A DNA stretch of 64,000 nucleotides from Trichosphaerium sp. ATCC 40318 (taxonomy: Eukaryota; Protista; Tubulinea): contig JALMLS010000220.1 of NCBI GenBank assembly GCA_038496445.1, positions 150,223 through 214,222 on the forward strand, in the 5' to 3' direction. Below, in pieces: positions 1 to 13,050 of the stretch. The notes under the pieces were generated by a model, which saw only the letters and a list, made by a program, of their open reading frames with translations, ran no database searches and was not told the DNA's origin. Positions within the stretch are counted from its first letter, which is position 1, and each line of letters begins with the position of its first letter. The translations under genes and the position numbers were made by a program.

Positions 1-2661
1 GTGCACCAGCACGTACATTATTAGTAAGAAAACGGAAATTAAACCTTCCTATTCGTGATCATCGTAAACCTACATCTCCACGTTCTGGCATGAAACTTTT
101 AAGTTTCCGTAAAAACTCGGTACGTTTTCTCTTGAAATTTGTTTATTTGATTGTTATTTATGACTTGTTCTTATCAACAAAGTTGTTCCAAGATTTTTTT
201 TCTCGACTTTTTTTTGATTTTTTTCCGTTGTGTAGGGCAGAAAGCTATCTAGACAAGGTTCATTTTCTACACCACGTGGTATGCGTAGTCGTTTTAAAAA
301 GAAACATAAAAGACCAAGAAGCATAACAGTAGGTAGTGGAGGTATTGTATAAGATCAAAGCAAGAAACTCACTCTTTTTTTTTTCAAAAACAGGACGTTC
401 AAAAACTCTACGAAGACAAAGTTCAAAGTCAAATGTATTTGAGAGATCATGGAATACATTATTTAGACGAAAAGAACCTAAGGGTAGTAGACAAAGGTAT
501 GAAAGAATACGAAACAACCAGTCTGGTTCTAAAACAACTACTTTAGGGAGAGACCAACTACTATTGAAATGTCTGATATTGTACAAGTACGTATTTGTTT
601 ATTCTACACGCAAAATGTGGTTGCAATGTGCTTACTGTTGTTTCTCGTTTAGACTGAGTCTAGAGCTGCTACAATGAGGCACACACACGAGGATAAGAAA
701 CGTTCAAGGAGTTGGCAAGGTTCTTCTAGTATTAGAAGAAAACGTCATCAATCTTCAACGCAACGTTCACGTATGTGGTCGTTATTTCCGTGGTTTATTA
801 ACCAATAAATTAACACGTGATATAGATAGATGGTTGATTACTCCAAAGCATCTTAGATTAGGTGGTGTCCTGGGAACTGGAACTTTTGGTGTTGTCACAA
901 AAGCAAAGTGGAGAGGCAATCCTGTTGCTGGTACGCTCAGACAGGTTTCATAATCCTACGTGTGTCTAATTTTTTGAGTATAGTTAAGCGATTGAAAGCT
1001 ACTGTTGGTGATGAAGATGCTGCATTTAGTAAACTACAAAAGGAAGCATCTATTTTGATGTAAGTAACTTTTCTTTTTCTTCTTTTGTTCTACTTCTGTT
1101 TTCTTATCTTCTTTTGCAGCCAAAGTAGACCTCATGAGAATCTTGTAAGGTTGATAGGTATAGTAAGAGAACCTTTATCAATTGTTCTTGAATATTGTGT
1201 ACACGTACGTTGTGATGTTTTCGTAGAACGAAATCAGGTTAACATGATTTCTTTCTTTTAGGGATCACTGAAGTACTACATCCAAAATAATCCAGTTATT
1301 CCAAAGAAAGTCAGTTCGGATGTTCTTAAAGGAATAGCTGCTGGTATGATACATTTACATGGAGAAGGAATAATACACAGGCGGTTATCTGCAAGGAGTA
1401 TGTGTTAATATCTTTCTTCTTTTTTTCTTACTTTTCTTTTAGATATTCTCGTACGTTCAAAAGTTCAGTACTTGACTTGGCTGAGCTCTAGCCTTGTTTA
1501 TTACATATTGATATACTTTATTTTTTTGGTTATGCTTATTATTTTACTAGTTGTCTTCAGGGCTTGCTGTTAAGATATCAGATTTTGGGTTTAGTTCTCA
1601 TAGCCTTCAAGGAGTAAGAAAGGATTGCAACCAAAAGAATGTTGCATTTAGTCCACTAAAGTGGATGGCTCCTGAAGAGCTTCGAGGTGATCCCTCATCC
1701 CCATCATCAGGTATTTAATTTTTAATCAAGCATGAGTATGCAAGCGTTAAACTTTTTCTGAAGTAAAACAACCTCGCAAAAAGAAAAAAAGTAAACTTGC
1801 AGTTTGAGCTATTTTCTTTACCACTTAGCAACTGGAGTTACTAACGTGTATATAACTAGATGTATGGAGTTTTGGTGTAGTACTTTATGAAATGCTTCTA
1901 AGAAGAAAGCCATACCCACTTCACAGAAGTCCAATGGTACGCCTTGCGTTCATCTTGTTCTTTTGCAATCCAAGTTAACTTTGTGTCTTTTTTTTGAAGG
2001 TTGCTGAATTGGTTTCGCAAGAAAAGCTCAGACCGTATATTCCCCCTAATATACATATCCTTACTGATGTTATGACAAAGTGTCTTTGTTTTAAACAAGA
2101 GGATAGACCAAGTTTTTCTTATATTGCCGAAAGACTTGATCATTTAAATGAATCTGATGTTCCAGAGCATGCTATTATAGAACCTATGAGATCTGGTTCT
2201 TCATCAAGGCCTATATCTGGTAATAGACCTAGAGCAAGTACATTAGGCTCTGGAAGCTCTAAACACAGTCCGGTATGATATTTGTTTTGTTTTGTATTTT
2301 TTTGTTTTATTTTTAAGTCTTGAACAAACTTGAGCGTATAATATAAGTTTGATGGATTAAACACCTCAAAAACTTAGTTTTCGGCTTGTTAAAAAATACG
2401 AGAAACGCTGCACATGTTGGTTTTTGGTTTTTTTAGGGCACACTCCCTGTAAAGAAAAAAAGTTGATTCTGATGTTGTTTTTTTTTTTAGCCTCAAGATG
2501 GTTTTATCAGTGCACGTAGTGCATCTCCTACTTTGGATGATATACTATCCGATCATTCTGCATACTCTGATTTTAGCAGCGACCAGATGATATCATCACG
2601 TTGGAGGAGTGGTGATGACTTGGACTCTTCATTTAGTGATGGCACTTCAACTATGTTTTAA
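1..2661 (+). CDS. Tyrosine-kinase-like (TKL) kinase-domain protein, multi-exon, begins upstream of window; probable pseudokinase
   Basis: Spliced exons give GVLGTGTFGVV (G-loop), VAVK, IIHRRLSARNIL, KISDFG, PLKWMAPE, SDVWSFG and DRPSF; basic low-complexity N-terminus; stop TAA at 2659-2661. Confidence 0.9.
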
Positions 2662-2860
2662 AAAAAATAAATAATAATACTTGTACAAAAATATGATATT
2701 GTGTTTAAATAACATAAAGCTTCTGCAGTGCCATAATAACACTAAGACCGCTACACGAGAACAATGCGTGTTTGCAGTTGTGCTAGTAAGCGCAACCTCT
2801 CGTAATAAGGCTACTCTACAATAATTATACAACTATTTCATCATCTTCTTTTGTTTCTTC

Positions 2861-5800
2861 TTATGTTTCTTCTTTTTGCACTTGTTCTTCAGTTGCAGTG
2901 TTGCATTCGTTGGATGCTGGTGCTTCTTTCGTGGGAGGCTCTTCCACTTGAGGTTCATATATAGGTACTTTAATTCCTAGGAGGGTTAAGGATTAGTTCA
3001 CAGGATTATAGATATCACATGGGTAGCAGTAGTATAATTGTGTACCTCTCTTCTGAGCAATAAATTTAATGCAATCGTTGAATACTTCATTTTGGACTTC
3101 ATTGGGTTTATACGCCAGTAATGATTCGAACACATCTTTAACATTTATGTCGTTTGTAACACAGAATGAACCAAAACCTTCAAGAGCCTAAAAGAAATAT
3201 ATAAGTATGAGAGCCAACAAAAAAGTTCAATTGATGTTTTGTTTGCTGCTTGGATTCACACTCACACGAAAAGTGTTGTAGTGAGTAGTGAATGTATAAT
3301 GGTTCACAGAGCTTCAATTGTAAATCCAATTATTTATCACGTGATAAAAGAATTACAGCGTAAAGTGAACACATAAACAAAAATAAAAGTTACCTTCGCA
3401 AACTCAGGTTTGATAAACGTGTGGTACATTAAAGGTATACCAAGCTCTGAAGCTGCAATATACTGTTGTATTGCCTTAAGTTCCAAGTTGCCTCCTTATA
3501 GTACATTTAAAAAAGTGTTAAGTAAGCGTGAAGTACCAAAAGCGCCACAACCCTACAAAGGAAACAAAATCAGTGATTTGTTCAAAGCCAACAAAAAAAC
3601 CCCCAAGTTTCGTACCCAGTTTCCTGTTGAAGCAATACAATCATCACCAGTGTGATATTCCTCTTTTCTAGATAATCCAACATATGCTTTGTTTATATCA
3701 CGAAGTAACTTTCTGTGAACAACGTAAACGGCTACAAGCTAAACAAAAAACCTTTGGCTTACTCTTTGACGAATTGCATGTTTCCAAAGTTTACTATTGC
3801 ATCAATGCCTGTGCAAGTCAGTAAATAGATAGCTCGTGTAAATAAGTAACCGTACAGAAAATATGATTATCAAGACATCCAAGCGTTGGATTCAATGGAG
3901 TCTTGTCTTCAAATGAATCTAAGAAAAAACTGAGAATTGTTCGTTTGGCTTAGAGTCAAGTACCTTCAAATTTTAAGCTTCGTGCATATCCACTGTATTG
4001 AGAAAACCTCTCAGCACCGCTAATAACTATAGCTTCGTTTTCTTCCATCTTAGGGCAAAGGAGCATAGACTAAAAGAAGGAACTCCATCAGCAAGAAAAG
4101 CAAATTATTAGTTTTCAGAACAGAAAACCTTACAATGTAGCATTCGGGCTTCAATGCAAATAGAATCTCTTCTTGAACGCAACCACCTTTTAGATACGTT
4201 AATGGTAATTATTTGTCATATACAAGGCCTTATAGACATACCATGCAAAGCGCCACCGCCTATGTATTGATTCGCAAAGTCGGCATGAAACTTTGCTGGA
4301 GAATCTTCAATCTTCATCTCATCATCAACTTTAATAGGCAATAATGGCTTTTCACTTGTACTCCAATCAACGAATTTATCACAAACCTGTAAAATAAGGT
4401 AAGAAAAGTAAAAAATGGATTAAAACATGAACGAGGAGAGTTACCTTTCGATGTATTATGATGTTACCAGTAGGCATTTTCTTTTGGCTTTTTTAGCAAG
4501 TTAGATACTCCAACAAACGCCCAAGGCGATAAATAATATTAGATTACGTACATGCGTCTGAAGTATTCCATTATACAAAGTATGATAGACTTTAAATAAA
4601 TCGTAAGAATCTTGCTTTGAGAAGAAAAAAAGACCTTGTTTGAGGTTGTGCTAGTACGTACTTCTGCAGAGTTTGAAAATAGTTTTTCTTTACCAGGAGC
4701 TGAAGCATAGTCTGTTATAAACAACATACCAAAATCACAATCATTGAATCCCAACCCACTAAGCAACATGGTTAGTTTTCGAAAATATCGAGAAAAAAAG
4801 AAGCAAGCAAAACAAAGAAAAGCAATTCATCACAACACGTGCCCATGTATTATATTTGGATTTTCAAATGTACAAAAGAAGTAGTGTGACAATAAGCAAG
4901 CAACCTTGTAGGCGATGGAGTAAGTAAAGGCACAGCGTTATGCAAAAAAAAAGAATCCAGGGGTTTTTTTAGTAACGTACTTGTTCTCTTGTGAGTACAA
5001 CCTTTGCGTCCTTTCCTGGTGGCAAGATTCTTATTTTTTTATCAAATAGCTCATCTATCCTCAATGCCAATTTTTGTATAAATGGTAAGATAACATCAAA
5101 GAATTCATCTTTACAACCGTAAGTACAATTTTCAAATAAATGACGGATAATAAAAAGAAACTAAAAGATGTTGCTCGTCATTGTCCATTTTTACATGGCA
5201 TCAACGTGTTAACTTTGATAGCCATACATTATACCGTGAGAGGGAAAATACACCCAAGCGATATAAAGAGCACTTGGGAAATATGAAGACCAAAAAAACC
5301 GAAATTCAAATTGTACACACCTTTCAATGCCTTTCTATCTGGAGACTCGCAATATTCATCACAGTAGTACGCTCTAAATTTATGATTTAAAAAATGAGAA
5401 TAAAAAGCTGAAATCACGTGTTGATAACCACAAACTTACTTGAAAAAGTTTGCATGATTTTTGCTTGTACCCAGACCATTCAACAATTCATCAAGCTGAT
5501 CAAGTGATGTCACTTTAGCTGATAATAACTCTTTTTGTATCTCCCATTTCTTAATGGACATATGTGGTAAATAAGCATACGTGAAAGCAATACCATCTTG
5601 GTTAACATTAACAACAAACTAATGAATCAAAAAAACCGTTATTTTTTACCTGTAAGTGAAATGATTGCTTTATCAATGTCTTCCTGAAAAACCTTCAAGT
5701 TTGATAATACTTCAACAGGGGAGATATCAATTTTGTACTTGTCGCCAAAGGGTTTGAAGCCTATTTGACGGTATGTGAGGTCTTCCACGGTAACATTTTG

Positions 5801-6178
5801 TCAACTCTACAAAAGATATACCTATTTTTAAAAGGAGCGAAAAGCAATCTGGGAAGCTTGCAAATGTCTTTGTGAAGATGCTGGCCTTTGTATTAACTCT
5901 TTGATGCATTTCATCACCAGGGCATGCAATTATGTTATTTATCGTTCTCCGTAACCAAGCCAAGGCGATTAGAGCCTAAACAAGGGTCAATTAACGAATT
6001 ATTTATATAACGCGCTTCAGATAAACTAATGTCTTCAGTTTGCTTTATAGAACCCAGTAATTCATCGAACGGCTCCTACAAAACTATTTAGATCGCTTTA
6101 AATTGTTTAATTTCACTTTACTGTTGGGATGACATGTGGGTCCGGTTTCTCTTCTTCAGTGGCATTACTATTACCCAT
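2861..6178 (-). CDS. PARG: Poly(ADP-ribose) glycohydrolase with N-terminal PUB-like domain
   Basis: Spliced exons give ADFANQYIGGG, the PARG signature GGCVQEEILF (about 4157-4187) and TGNW/GCGAF. Exon 5822-5975 reads like a PUB domain. Start MGNSNA at 6178. Confidence 0.88.
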
Positions 6179-6249
6179 TATTGCTTTGTGTGCTTTGGTA
6201 AGTGACAGCAAGCTTGGCTTATTGTTTGGCTTAAGTCACAGTCACCGAA

Positions 6250-7014
6250 TCTATGGCTCAGCAGACGGTTGGTATTCCAATGGCTGCTATAGAACAGAAA
6301 AATGCAGGAACTACGTTTAACGTACTATGTGAATTTGATTCAACTGCACCATCACCTCCAACAACAATACCTCCAGCAGTACCAACTACAGTTTCTCCTA
6401 CCACAACAATACCTCCTACTGCTAGCGCACTATCTACATATACAGAAACACCTATTGCAGATACTCCTCAAACACAGCTCCGATATCAATAATATGGACT
6501 GAATTGATAAGAAAAAATAATGAAAGCTAGCTAGAACTCTTAAATGATGCTTCATTGGCGGTACGAAAAAAACAAGAAAATAATACTAGAATACATCTTC
6601 TTAACGTTGTACTTTATAGTAACTCTTGGGTTACCTGAAGGCTCTATAATTGTATTTGGTGAAGGCGAAACAATACTTCAAGTCGATAAATGTATTGAAG
6701 CAGAAAACCTTACTATTGAAGCAATTGACAGTGTACGCTTGTTGGTTTCTTTCTTCATTGTTATCCTGACTCCTGATTTCTCTAAACACAAGTCACATTA
6801 TCATTCAGTGATAGTTGCAACGATGTAAATCCATCTATAATCGTACCACCATGCAAGAGGCAATCAAAAGAGGAAATCAAAGACTTTCGGGAGAACAATA
6901 CTTATTAAATCAAGTAACAAATGTACTTCAAGTGCAATTCACTTGATATCTCTTTGGAGTTTAACAATCACTGCATTGCTACTCAACAAAAGAATTTACT
7001 CGTATCTCCATTAA
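6250..7014 (+). pseudogene. 5'-truncated, degraded duplicate of the lectin-mucin gene at 7618-10135
   Basis: Shares LCEFDST, a PT-rich stalk, LPEGxxIxFGE, CxEAENLTI and IHLxxLWSLxI with the downstream gene, but has stops and frameshifts from about 6490. Confidence 0.75.
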
Positions 7015-7617
7015 AAATTACTTGATACACAATAAGAGTCTGTCAAGTTTTTACTGCGCTACGTGGTGTCAAAAAGCCTCACTGGTCGCTCCTCAAAACA
7101 ACTACGCATTTTAAAACACACCATTTTTGATAAAAAGTGACATTGTTTCGTTTTAGCCGTCATTGAATCTAAGGCTACGCACATAAGTAAGTCACAAGCC
7201 GTAGTGCCCCTGCTTTCGTTATCTTGCCAATAAACTTTGAAATTGAATACCAGTTCCATAACTGTAAATGATTGTAACGCGCACAGTGCTACTATCAATG
7301 TACGCGTGCAAAAGAGAATAACGCAATGATAAAAAATAACAAATGAATATAAAACAAAACGCGCTCAGTGCCGTACGTGTACGGTGTACGCTAATACCGT
7401 AACAAAGCCAAACTCGGAAGAACGCATAATAAACCCGGGCTATCCTACAAACTGTCCTAACATAATTTACCACTCTCGCATCGGTAGAGAAGGTGTTTTA
7501 GGGAAGTTATACTTTCTTCGACTTGCCTTAAAACCACTTTAGCAATTCAAGACAATTCACATTTATAGCGCACAGGTCATATCACCAAGTTAAAATACAC
7601 GCAATAACAATCACAAG

Positions 7618-10135
7618 ATGATTTCCAGCTTGTGTTTACGCATCGCAGTTATCGCTTGTGTACTAATTGTACACACTACATATGGCGCGCTCGTAAGCAC
7701 CTGTGAGCAAAACGGAAAGACGTATCGATTATACGATAGCGCAGCTTCAGGATGGGAAAGTACTTGTTCAGGAGGTAAATACGACTAAAGGAAGCTCTGT
7801 GTATCTACAAACAAGCTAGCTAAACCTTTAAATGCTTTGAGCTGTACACTAAAAAAAACTGCTTTAGATTTCCATCCAGTAGCTATAACATCAATAGACG
7901 AAGCCATTGCCTTATCTAGTTTTCCTGTACGCTCTATTAAGGATGACATTCCTTTTTCAGTTCGAGAACTTCGTCGCCCAAAAAAAACGCGTTTATTGAC
8001 GAGAAATAACGCTAATCAAATATTTAAACTACGTTCCGAAACTTCCTGCCAAAAAAGCCTCTTGCAATAACCCAAAACAGATTTTAAATTACAAAACGCG
8101 TTTTTTCTTCTTTAGCGTACATCATTAAGCATGTTGGGAGCAATCTTCAACTTTTTTGTACCGCTAAAAAAAGGTAGTAAACTCCCCAAAAACAATCGGA
8201 CATTTCTCCAACGTATTTTTTGTCATCACTAACTCATTTAAAATAGTATTTCCGCATTTCAGTCGCATCCGGTACCACTTGGACACACGGTGGTATTACT
8301 ATAATACCTGGGGTACATTATCCGTTTGATCCACCTTCCCCTGGTTGCAGTCAGTATGAGAAAGGAGTAAGGCGGATTTTTTTATTTTCACATACTTACA
8401 ATTTTCCAAAAGGAAATAGTGGACGCTTGCACTGCAACTCATTTTGTTTGTGAGTCTGATGTATCAATTGGTGCCCCAAGCTGTATTCAAACTAGTTGGG
8501 ACTGCACAACGGGAGCTGAAGTAACAGGGACATACAATGGTACGTTTTTTTGTTTTCGTATTCAATTGCTTACTTGTGTACGTTCTAGGTCATTGTTACT
8601 CAGTGTTTGATATACCAGAGTCAAAATATATGAACTTAGCTCTTTTGTGCCAACAGAAAGGAGGCTACCTTTCTGTTATTACTGATGCCGCTGAAAACAC
8701 TTACATTGCCGATGTGTTGCTCCCTCCAGGAGCTCCACAATTTAATGCTATTGGTCTAACTTCTTACGGGAGATCTAATGTAGGAGATTTTGCTTGGGTA
8801 CGCGATTAAAACGACGTAAAACTAAACTCGTGTTATTCCAAAAACGCACTAACACGTGTTTCAGCAAACAAGCCCAGTACCTGAGCCTTTGGTATATGGA
8901 TCAACCCCTAATGTAGCTCCTTGGGCTCCTGGCGAACCAGACGGCGGAAATGAATATTGCGGTTTCAAGTACGTTTTGTCCTGTTTTGTCGTGGTTTAGT
9001 GTACTGTTTTCTTATAGTTACTGATCCTTTTGATTAGATCAGCATGGGGTACCTGGGGAGATTACAATTGCCATTTACCAGAGCTTGGTGAGGTAAAAAT
9101 GCATGCACTTTGCGAGTTTGATTCTACTACAGCACCTACACCAGCTCCAACCACTCTGCCGCCAACCACAAATCCACCAACTACGCTGCCTCCAACAACT
9201 ATTCCACCAACTACTGCACCGCCAACAACTATTCCGCCAACTACTGCGCCACCAACCACAAGTCCGCCAACTACGCTGCCTCCAACAACTATTCCACCAA
9301 CCACTGCACCGCCAACAACTATTCCACCAACTACTGCGCCACCAACTACAAATCCACCAACCACAAACCCACCAACTACGCAGCCGCCAACTACTCTACC
9401 ACCAACTACATTGCCTCCAGTTGTAATACCAACAACTGCTTCACCAACAGATGCACCAACAACAGTTGCGCCTACAACACAACCTCCAACTACACTGCCT
9501 CCGACGACTGCTTCACCTACAACTGAAGCACCAACAACTGATGCCCCAGCCTTTGAATCTAAACCCCTTAGATTCCAAACAGCGCCAATTTCAACAGTGT
9601 TGACTGACATCATTATGAGTGATTCAGAAAGAAAGCTTGAACTAGCTGAAGACGTCTATGTTGTAGGTACGTTAAAAAAGGTAGTCATTTTTTTTCCCCT
9701 TGTTAACAGTTTTGCGTTTTAGGAAACCTAGAGCTGCCTGAAGGTACTACTATACTATTTGGTGAAAGTGAGACAACGCTTCATATTGGTAACTGCTTAG
9801 AAGCTGAGAACCTAACCATTGCAGCAACTGAGACTGTACGTTCCATATCTGTCACTTATCCTGGTTTGTTGCCTTGAAAACTGATCTTTGTTATCAATTA
9901 GACTAAAGAAGTAACCTTGTCTTTTAATGACCATTGTGAAGATGTAGCACCTACTATAGTAACACCCCCATGCACTGTTTCACAGAGGAAGACAACACAC
10001 TCTTTTGCAAGAACAATAGTTGTTTTCCAATTTGATTTATCAAAAAGCGGAGAATGTACTTCAGATACTATTCACTTGGTAGCTCTTTGGAGTTTAGCTA
10101 TTATAGCATTACTACTTAACTACAGAATCAATTAA
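7618..10135 (+). CDS. Secreted/surface C-type-lectin-like protein with mucin-like PPTT stalk and hydrophobic C-terminus (TM or GPI)
   Basis: Signal peptide MISSLCLRIAVIACVLIV; CTLD-like motifs CQQKGGYLSVI, AIGL, WAPGEPD, EYC, WGDYNC and ALCE; hydrophobic tail LVALWSLAIIALLL. Confidence 0.8.
9150..9545 (+). repeat. Coding tandem repeat, 15-bp unit encoding PPTT[L/I/A/N/S/Q]
   Basis: About 18 near-regular ccrccaacnacnnnn units followed by degenerate PTT units in ORF 9030-9722. Confidence 0.95.
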
Positions 10136-10694
10136 CATTACCTTATCAATTGACATTGATATCGTACATACACATGTGAATGAAGATCCTATTATTTTCG
10201 CAAATGCAGTACAATTTAATTATATTTAATCAAACCAAAACAAAAAACAACAATCCCTTTTGGTCCATAGAATAGAGCAATAAATGTAAAGTAGTGTTAT
10301 TATTATACTGTGTAGTTTTTACATTGTTCGCTTGACAAAGAGAGTTATGGTTTCATTACCTCTACATCAGCGCAAACGTCACTTTTCTTTTTGTATTAGG
10401 GAAAAACCCTTTTGAGTAGATTCATAAAATATGAACAACTCTACAATTGTCGGTATAGGATACGCCGTAGCATCACACAAACGTTTTTAGTTTTTTTAAG
10501 TTTTTTTTGCAGTTTTTGCACGTGAAAGCAAGTTGAAAGTACCCGAAATGTTGTATTATTGTTATGTGAAACGTGAAGCATACAACGCATTGTGTATTTC
10601 GTCGAAGTTCAATGATAGTAGCTTCGGGGAAATAGTTGTGTACTCTAGATAACTCTGATTCCTGTATTGCTCACATTACAATAATTCCACTTAA

Positions 10695-12858
10695 CTCCCT
10701 CGCCGTAACAAAAAATTTCCTCGCCGTAACAAAATTTTAACTTCAATTCTGGACCTAAAATATCTTTAAATAATCTGAATTTTTACACGTCGTAGACATT
10801 ATGTTTATCTTGTTATTCTGGATTAGATAGCCACATAGGTGTTTTTGGTGATGTTCTACGGAATGTACAATAAAAGTATCAACTTTTTCTTTGCCATATG
10901 TTTTTGATGTATGTGATAGGGCACAGTATAAATTGTTATGCTTTTATTATATCTAACGTAGTATTGACTAGGTCCAAGGGCTCAACTAGCAAAAAATAGT
11001 TCATTGCATGAAATGAAGGGTCTTTCAACGAATGTTCCAAAAAAAATAAAGAAACAGCATTTCAAAGGCATGCTAGCACAATACACTCTTGAATTTTTTA
11101 TACTACCTACGCAATACAGAGTTGGTTATACAAACGCTTTTAATAGGCATGTACTGCACAAGGTAACCCAAAAATTGTTTGATGAACACTTTATCTTTTC
11201 TACTCTTTAAACGCTTTTGTAGAGCAATGCAAATGAGTTACGTCTAGTATTTGGTACTTTACAGCGTCTATATATGCATGTGCATGTACACAAAACATTA
11301 AATGCATGTAAAGAATATACAGAGACTGAATTATGTATGACAATGCATTGAATCCATGAAAAATGAGCATTTTCAAATATTATTGATTAATCCTTTGGAT
11401 TCAGTGAAAAGTGTCCATTTCTGAGCTGTTTCATTTGCCAGCTATGTTTTCTTTGTACACATCAAACGACAGCAAATTGTAAATATATCGTAAGCATGTA
11501 CACATGTAGTATTAATAGTTAAATTTATTGGTTTTCTGAATATACAGCTAAATTAATCATGTTGATCGCCAAGTTCTCTTATCTTCAAAAAGTTAATTTT
11601 TTTCCCTGTAGCATTGTAATCTATGATAGCTTTCAAGTTAGATAATGTTAATTGTCTTATGATTCTTAAATAGCACTACTGTAACTCCACCCTTTTTAGC
11701 TCCTTTTGCATATTCAACAACCCAGTTTAGAAAGTCAGAATCCATAAACCTGGCATCAAGTACTGCTTGTGGTTTGAATGGATAGTGCTTTTCAAACCTA
11801 GCTAATAAAATCTTAGCAGCATCTAATGGTTTAATCACTGCCACATGTTTAGCATCTCTCCAATGTGGTACCAATCCGAGTAAGTATGGACATTGTTTAT
11901 CTTTGTGTGAATAAACAGCCATTCCATATACCATTAATCCATCTGGATTTGGCTTACCCGAAATATGAACTGTATTTGTATCTTTTTTAGACCACACCAA
12001 CATTGTTCATCAATGGCAATGTACTCTCCTGCAAGCCAAGCCTCCATACATGCATCTGATACCAATTCACACAAATGATGTACATCAGTGCTGATACTTT
12101 GATTCAAAATATTCCATCACAGTGGACTCAAAAAGTCCAGATTACAGTATTTGCTGTTTGTACTCATTTGAGCTAAAAACCCTTCATAACTAATAGAAGC
12201 TAGTACTGTTAATGAAAGAATTTTTTGCTCTTGTTGCACACCAGAAGTTTGGTCTCGTAACCATTGTGTGCCAAAATAACGTAAAATTTCACTAAGTTTA
12301 ATTTCAACGCCCCACATTTGATTTTTTTTTTTGTTAGCTAGGATTTCACGCTTTTGGTTGGTAGCTATCCGAATGTGGTCCCATATGTGTATTGGTATCA
12401 ATTGGGAGTACACTTGCCCAGCTGTACCCATACCTCGTTGAAACACTCCAAGATTAGGCTGAGACACTTGCTCTTCATGTGGCAATGAAATTGTTTCATT
12501 TTTAAGCACAGTCCATCCCTCGCTTTTAATTTCATTTATGCATCGTTCAAATCCACCCAATACCCATTTTTAGAACTGTCGCTTTGTTTCCGCTTCCGTT
12601 TCCGTTGATTTTTTCTTCGAGCTGCTTCTATTTGGTTGTTGTGGGCTTTTACGTTATCACGCAGCGTTTGCTTCATCAGCTAGTGCTATTTAGAGTGTTA
12701 TTGCTTAACCATATTTCAAAAACTACACAAGTTGCTTAAACATAAATTTTATTACTCGGAGTAGATATTAAACAGTGCGCTCATACATCTTAGCCATGTA
12801 ATATGGCATTTGGTACAAAAGTGTTACGGCGAGGAAATTTTTTGTTACGGCGAGGGAG
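10695..12858 (-). mobile_element. Degenerate piggyBac-family DNA transposon (about 2.16 kb)
   Basis: Perfect 37-bp TIRs at 10695-10731 and 12822-12858; TTAA at 10691-10694 and 12860-12863. Fragmented minus-strand transposase with YIAIDEQ, GKPNPDGLMVY, VLDARF and a Cys-rich tail (CSTC). Confidence 0.88.
11128..12680 (-). pseudogene. piggyBac transposase remnant
   Basis: ORF pieces 12117-12560 and 11638-12003 plus further pieces in shifted frames; frameshift directly after the IDE motif near 12003. Confidence 0.8.
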
Positions 12859-13050
12859 CTTAAGCCAACCCTGAACAGAATAGTAACTAAAAAACGAAAG
12901 TGTACGCTCGGATTGGAAGCAACCAATCTCAATTTTTGTACCAATCAAAAATAACCAGAAAAAGAGAATTTGGGGTCTATTTCCACTTTAGACCTCACCG
13001 AACCATTACCACGTGTTCGGACACTATTAATTTCAACAGAGGGAGGTAAA

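Noticed and set aside
9150-9545. Regular short repeats resembling a CRISPR array
   Set aside because: Contiguous coding 15-mers with no unique spacers; eukaryotic context and no cas genes.
9062-9613. 183-aa V/G-rich minus-strand ORF
   Set aside because: Antisense shadow of the PPTT repeat.
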